Source: Bacteroidota bacterium (lineage in GTDB: Bacteria > Bacteroidota > Bacteroidia > UKL13-3). Taken from it: a stretch of DNA of 64,000 nt. The notes under the pieces were generated by a model, which did no database searches, was not told the origin of the DNA, and worked only from the letters and a program-made list of their open reading frames with translations. Location of the stretch: the NCBI GenBank assembly GCA_947485745.1, contig CANKQY010000001.1:742-64741 (forward strand). The letters run 5' to 3'. Numbering within the stretch: position 1 is the first letter of the stretch; each line of letters opens with the position of its first letter. Below are positions 59,233 to 64,000 of the stretch, piece after piece. The position numbers were made by a program, and so were the translations under genes.

Positions 59233-60546
59233 TTAGGAAGCAATCTCCATTTTTACTTTCTTTCCTTTAATTTTTTCGGTTTGAACCAATTGCAAGGTTT
59301 TAAGAATTTTATTGGATTTAATAGCCGCATAAGCCGATTTATCCAATACCTCAATTTTACCCAATTCGTCTTTTTTGAGGTTGCCTTTTTGTAGCAACAT
59401 GCCTACAATATCCATCTTGTTTACCTTGTCTTTTTTACCTGCAGAAATATACAAGGTTTTCCATGCCATAGGTTCAGGCAAAACAAAACTATTTGGCAAA
59501 GTTTCTTCAATAGGTTTTACATCCAAAAACTTGGGCAAATAATCTTCTGGTCCCAAAAGAAAGTATGCCGTTCCTGTGGCGTTCATCCTAGCGGTACGAC
59601 CATTTCTATGAATCATCACATCTTCGGTTGCCGGCAACTGGTAATGAATAACCACTTCAATTTCTGGAATATCTAAACCACGTGCAGCCAAATCTGTAGT
59701 AATTAAAAAATGGATGCTGCCATTCCGCAATTTTATCAAGGTTTTTTCGCGGTCTATTTGCTCTAAACCACCATGGTAAAAACCATGTTCTATTTTATGT
59801 ACTTTTAATTGATCCGAAATCCTATTTACCGCCTCACGGTGGTTGCAAAAAACTATGGTAGGTTTTGATCCAATTTTACCCAACAACAACATCAAAGCTT
59901 CCACCTTATCATCGCCAACTACCTTAACAGATTTAACCACCAAAGCCGATTTTAAATCCTTGTGTTCATTGGTAAAACTGAGTGTGATGGCACTCTTTAA
60001 CCCAACAAAATTAGGTATGTCTTTTAAGTCGGTGGCAGAAGTTAAAATACGCTTTTTAAGGTTCTTTCCTTGGTGTATAATGAACTCCATTTCATCCTTA
60101 AAGCCCATTTCAAGCGACTTATCAAATTCATCTAAAATGAGTGTATGCGTTTGGTTCAAAACGAGACTCTTGGTGCGTAAATGATGGGCAATTCTACCGG
60201 GTGTACCCACCAAAACTGCAGGGGGCTGTTGTAAATTATTTTCCTCTATGCGCACTGAATGTCCGCCATAGCAACAATTTACCTTAAACGCCGTACCCAT
60301 TTGCTTGAATACTTTTTCAATTTGCAAGGCCAATTCTCTTGATGGCACCAAAATTATAACCTGTACCCCTTCTTTATCTGCATGCAACAAAGGCAAAATA
60401 GGCAATAAAAAAGCCAAGGTTTTGCCCGAGCCTGTAGGAGAAATCAACACCACATCCTTATCACCTGATATGGCCTCCATGGCTGCCTGCTGCATTTCAT
60501 TGAGTTCGCTGATATTAAAATTCAACAATATTGGGCTATAATCCAT
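59233..60546 (-). CDS. DEAD-box ATP-dependent RNA helicase
   Basis: Walker A SPTGSGKTLAF, DEFD box (LILDEFDKSL), SAT motif and motif VI HRNGRTAR, with a C-terminal RNA-binding extension. Confidence 0.9.
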   Translation of the reverse strand: MDYSPILLNFNISELNEMQQAAMEAISGDKDVVLISPTGSGKTLAFLLPILPLLHADKEGVQVIILVPSRELALQIEKVFKQMGTAFKVNCCYGGHSVRIEENNLQQPPAVLVGTPGRIAHHLRTKSLVLNQTHTLILDEFDKSLEMGFKDEMEFIIHQGKNLKKRILTSATDLKDIPNFVGLKSAITLSFTNEHKDLKSALVVKSVKVVGDDKVEALMLLLGKIGSKPTIVFCNHREAVNRISDQLKVHKIEHGFYHGGLEQIDREKTLIKLRNGSIHFLITTDLAARGLDIPEIEVVIHYQLPATEDVMIHRNGRTARMNATGTAYFLLGPEDYLPKFLDVKPIEETLPNSFVLPEPMAWKTLYISAGKKDKVNKMDIVGMLLQKGNLKKDELGKIEVLDKSAYAAIKSNKILKTLQLVQTEKIKGKKVKMEIAS

Positions 60547-60684
60547 GGTGTGTTTTTGTATGTGTTTGAACCTACGAAGGTAGGGGAAAAAGTTGATAGT
60601 TGGGAGATGGCTGCTAGCTGCTGGCCTCTGGCTGCTGGCAATATATTATTAATACTTATAAATGTGCGTAATCCTGAGCATGCC

Positions 60685-60730
60685 GAAGTGCGGTCGCTGA
60701 GCCTGTCGAAGTGCGGTCGCTGAGCCTGTC
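60685..60730. repeat. Perfect 23-bp tandem direct repeat (GAAGTGCGGTCGCTGAGCCTGTC x2) within a GC-rich intergenic island
   Basis: Read directly. Preceded by GCTGCTRGC-type repeats (60601-60640) and a CCTAC-gaag-GTAGG hairpin (60573-60586). Confidence 0.8.
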
Positions 60731-60844
60731 GAAACGTTGTTCCAATGAGCAGAAATTTTGCTTGGAGGCAATTCGATAAATTGGAGGCAAGATTCAATTT
60801 TTGCCAATTTTTACTTAGCTTGCCAGCTGTTTATTATTTTTATC

Positions 60845-62146
60845 ATGAGATCGAGCAACAAATACGAAACCATACCTCAAAAACTATTCATTGAAAACCG
60901 CAAAAAATTTGTGGCTAAAATGAAATCTCAAAGCATAGCTATTTTTCATTCCAATGAAGAACATCCTTGGAACGGAGATGCCACTCATGCCTTTAAACAA
61001 AACTCAGATTTGTTTTGGCTTACTGGCGTGGATCAAGAAGAAACCATCTTGGTATTGTCGCCTGATTGCCCAGTTGTAGAATACCGCGAAGCCTTGTTTA
61101 TAAAGCGCACTAGCGACATGATGGTGGTGTGGAATGGCTATAAATTAACTATGGAAGAAGCCACTCAAGTGAGTGGTATTGCCAATGTATTTTGGTACGA
61201 TGAGTTTACTATTAAAATGCATTCGGCCATTAATTATGCGCAAAATATCTATTTGAACCTAAACGAAAATGACCGTGCAGTAATTAGCACGCCATACAAA
61301 GATTTGCGTTTTGCCAGAGAGTTAAAGGAGCGTTATCCATTGCACGAATATGAAAGAGCTGCACCTATTTTACAACGTTTGCGTTCAATCAAATCTGGTG
61401 TTGAATTAGATTTGATGCAAGTGGCGGTGAGCATCAGTGAAAAGATGATTCGTAGGGTGGCCAAGTTTGTAAAACCTGGTGTTTGGGAATATGAAATTGA
61501 AGCAGAAGTAATACATGAATATTTACGCAATAGGGCGCGCGGACATTCATTCAATCCTATTGTGGCCAGTGGTGCTAACTCTTGTATTTTGCATTATGTT
61601 GATAATAACCAGCAGTGTAAAGATGGCGATTTATTGCTATTGGATAGTGGGGCAGATTATGCCAATTATGCCAGTGACATGACCCGCACCTTGCCTGTTA
61701 ACGGTAAATTTACAGACAGGCAAAAGGCGGTGTACAATGCGGTTTTGCGAGTGATGAAAGCTGCTAAACAACTTCTAAAGCCCGGAACCTTATTAATGGA
61801 ATACCATGTGCAAGTAGGTGAATTAATGGAAAAAGAATTGGTAGATTTAGGCTTGATAACTTTAACAGATATTAAAAATCAAAATCCGAAATGGCCTGCT
61901 TATAAAAAATATTTCATGCATGGCACCAGTCACTTTTTAGGCATAGATGTGCATGATGTAGGAATGCGTTATGAACCTATGCAAGCTGGCATGACCTTTA
62001 GTTGCGAACCAGGAATTTACATTGCAGAAGAAGCTATAGGTATTAGGTTAGAGAATGAAATTTTGATTACCGAGAATGGGTGCGCAGATTTAATGGCACA
62101 TATTCCAATTGAGGCAGATGAAATTGAGGCCTTAATGCGCGCTTAG
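60845..62146 (+). CDS. pepP: Xaa-Pro aminopeptidase (M24B family)
   Basis: An N-terminal creatinase-like domain and the pita-bread metal ligands …HGTSHFLGIDVHD… and …GMTFSCEPGIY…. The true ATG is at 60845; the ORF-track start at 60758 is an extension. Confidence 0.85.
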   Translation: MRSSNKYETIPQKLFIENRKKFVAKMKSQSIAIFHSNEEHPWNGDATHAFKQNSDLFWLTGVDQEETILVLSPDCPVVEYREALFIKRTSDMMVVWNGYKLTMEEATQVSGIANVFWYDEFTIKMHSAINYAQNIYLNLNENDRAVISTPYKDLRFARELKERYPLHEYERAAPILQRLRSIKSGVELDLMQVAVSISEKMIRRVAKFVKPGVWEYEIEAEVIHEYLRNRARGHSFNPIVASGANSCILHYVDNNQQCKDGDLLLLDSGADYANYASDMTRTLPVNGKFTDRQKAVYNAVLRVMKAAKQLLKPGTLLMEYHVQVGELMEKELVDLGLITLTDIKNQNPKWPAYKKYFMHGTSHFLGIDVHDVGMRYEPMQAGMTFSCEPGIYIAEEAIGIRLENEILITENGCADLMAHIPIEADEIEALMRA

Positions 62147-62830
62147 GTGATAGGAACTTTATTGTTTGACATGGATGGGCTTCTGGTAGATTCGGAGCCC
62201 TATTGGAAGCTTGCTGAAAAATCAGTGTTTGGTGCATTGGGTTTGCAATTAGATGATGAACTTTTGCGTCAGGTGATGGGCTTTAGGTTAAATGAAGTTG
62301 TGCAACATTGGTATAGGTATCAAGCATGGCCGAACCCAAATTTTACGCAAACAGAAAACAACATCATGGATTGCATGGAAGCCTATATGCGCAAAGAGGC
62401 TGTGGCCTTGCCTGGCGTAATGGACTCGCTAGAATATGTGAAGCAAAAAGGTTATGCCTGTGCATTGGCATCTTCCTCAAGTATGCGATTAATAGAAGCT
62501 GTGGTAGACAAGTTGAACATTCGTTCTTATTTTGATTTACTGTACTCTGCCGAATATGAAATGTATGGCAAACCACACCCAGGAATATTTATAACAGCCG
62601 CATCAAAGCTTGGTTCAGCCCCACAACATTGCTTGGTTTTAGAAGACTCTGTAAACGGCGTAATTGCCGCAAAAGCCGCAAGAATGCTATGCGTGGCAGT
62701 ACCAGAGCAGGAGAAACAAAACGACCCCAAGTTTTCTATTGCCGATTATCGCTTAAAAAGCATGGCGGAGTTTCCAGGGATATTGGAACAAATTAATGCG
62801 AAACATAACTGCGAAAACATTAATAATTAG
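62147..62830 (+). CDS. HAD-superfamily hydrolase, subfamily IA (sugar-phosphatase/beta-phosphoglucomutase-like)
   Basis: GTG start. Motif I LLFDMDGLLVDSE, motif III K and motif IV …LEDSVNGVIAAKAA…. Confidence 0.8.
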   Translation: MIGTLLFDMDGLLVDSEPYWKLAEKSVFGALGLQLDDELLRQVMGFRLNEVVQHWYRYQAWPNPNFTQTENNIMDCMEAYMRKEAVALPGVMDSLEYVKQKGYACALASSSSMRLIEAVVDKLNIRSYFDLLYSAEYEMYGKPHPGIFITAASKLGSAPQHCLVLEDSVNGVIAAKAARMLCVAVPEQEKQNDPKFSIADYRLKSMAEFPGILEQINAKHNCENINN

Positions 62831-62918
62831 GCAGAAGGAAATTTTTCATTGAGTTTTTTTATGGACAAGATTTATTAAATAAATGTTTATCTTTACATGA
62901 ATCTTTAAATAAAATAAT

Positions 62919-63542
62919 ATGAAGACAAAATTATTTCTACTTTATTTTTCGCTATTCTTTAGTGTACAAATATTTGCACAAACCAGCTACAGCAATCCCG
63001 TTGTGCATACCTATAGACTCAACCAACAGAAATGCACCCTCAAATATCAGACCTGGGTGAGTGGTGTAGAATATGGCGATAAGCGCAAGTGTTTTTTTAG
63101 AATTACCAACACAGGAACAAAAGCAATAAAAAATTTATATATCACTGTTGATCCAAGTGCAAATAATTTGAATTCTTCGGTAAGAGTAATACCAGTTATT
63201 AATCCTGGACAGCTAATTGCAACTTGGGTATATGGTAATTTTGAAGAAGGCCAATATTTACCACTAACTCTGCTTTCTTTTGAGGGGGAATTAGATAACC
63301 CAACTAATAAACCTATTGAGGTAGTTAAGCAGGAACAAAAAGAATTTAACCAAGAATTCGAAAAAATAATTTACCTCAGTGATAAGGCCGACGGCCAAGG
63401 AGGAAGCGGTGCAAAGCAAAGCGCAACAGAACCAAGCAAAGGAGTTATTAATACTATCAAAGAAATAATTAGGGAGCAAGTTACTAGTCCAGAATCTAGA
63501 AGTAAATCAAGACCTACAGTCAGCTTTGGTGTTAGAGGATAA
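62919..63542 (+). CDS. Hypothetical secreted protein
   Basis: Signal peptide MKTKLFLLYFSLFFSVQIFAQ and a 207-aa product with no recognisable domain. Confidence 0.45.
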   Translation: MKTKLFLLYFSLFFSVQIFAQTSYSNPVVHTYRLNQQKCTLKYQTWVSGVEYGDKRKCFFRITNTGTKAIKNLYITVDPSANNLNSSVRVIPVINPGQLIATWVYGNFEEGQYLPLTLLSFEGELDNPTNKPIEVVKQEQKEFNQEFEKIIYLSDKADGQGGSGAKQSATEPSKGVINTIKEIIREQVTSPESRSKSRPTVSFGVRG

Positions 63543-63543
63543 T

Positions 63544-64000
63544 TTACCTCGCTAAATTTCCGATAAAGGTGGCAAAATTTAAACTTTGCCCGTCAGGTTT
63601 ATTAAAGCTAATTACACCAATTACTTCTCCTCTTTCATTCAGTAATGGCCCACCGCTATTGCCAGGTGAAACAGGCGCGGTAAATTGTATATAATCATAA
63701 GTATTGATATCCCTTATTCCTGAAACAATCCCATTGGTAAAAGAATAAGACAAGCCTTTTGGGTGACCCACCACATATACTGGTTCACCAATTTGAGGCA
63801 GCAACTTTGCTACCCTTAAATAATGTTCAATTGGTTTGTTTTTTGGTTCAGTGGCAAAAAAACAAATATCTGCCTCCTTTATAGATTTATAAGTTCGAGC
63901 ATAGTTAAAGGTATCACCTTTAAAGTCTATAAATAACATTTTTACTACATCTGTAAACAAATGAAAGCAGGTAATGCCATTGCCTTTGGTATCAATAAAA
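63544..64000 (-). CDS. Trypsin-like serine protease (S1 family), C-terminal part; gene continues beyond the window end
   Basis: GNSGGPLL active-site serine motif. The frame remains open upstream of the ORF-track TTG (…FIDTKGNGITCFHLFTDVVK…) and no His/Asp catalytic residues are present within the window. Confidence 0.65.
   Translation of the reverse strand, partial: FIDTKGNGITCFHLFTDVVKMLFIDFKGDTFNYARTYKSIKEADICFFATEPKNKPIEHYLRVAKLLPQIGEPVYVVGHPKGLSYSFTNGIVSGIRDINTYDYIQFTAPVSPGNSGGPLLNERGEVIGVISFNKPDGQSLNFATFIGNLAR

Overview
This 64-kb window looks like a chromosomal segment from an AT-rich member of the Bacteroidota. That judgement rests on nine proteins carrying type IX secretion system (T9SS) C-terminal sorting domains, LPP20-type lipoproteins, a candidate TAnnTTTG-style -7 promoter box, and AT-rich intergenic regions with GC-rich hairpin terminators.

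Housekeeping genes present: an MsbA-like ABC exporter, fabG, tdk, atpD-atpC, kbl, murF, a DEAD-box helicase, pepP, a HAD phosphatase, tspO, tRNA-Arg(CCG), a LytTR-type two-component pair and TonB-dependent receptors.

These are interleaved with very large secreted proteins of 2037, 936, 2450, 1506, 1333 and 763 aa. They carry SBBP, delta-60, FG-GAP, PKD/Ig-like or nucleotidase domains plus T9SS type A or type B C-terminal domains (CTDs).

The most unusual locus is at 8.3-18.9 kb. An ECF sigma factor is translationally coupled to an anti-sigma-like membrane protein whose extracytoplasmic domain is itself a T9SS type-B CTD. This pair sits directly upstream of, and divergent from, two giant type-B-CTD cargo genes. 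I read it as a candidate secretion-coupled sigma/anti-sigma signalling module.

Other notable items:
- two inverted ~80-bp hexanucleotide (CTTTCT)n tracts bracketing a 2.1-kb segment that holds an OmpA-domain gene remnant and a signal-peptide-less T9SS cargo gene;
- a 51-bp-periodic array of four perfect hairpins in a convergent intergenic region;
- a 20-bp perfect inverted repeat between two LPP20 lipoprotein genes;
- a GT4 / B12-radical-SAM / TPK-like operon;
- a small T9SS cargo protein with a CxxCH motif;
- a recent 1.8-kb intragenic duplication.

I saw no transposases, integrases, CRISPR arrays or recognisable defence genes.
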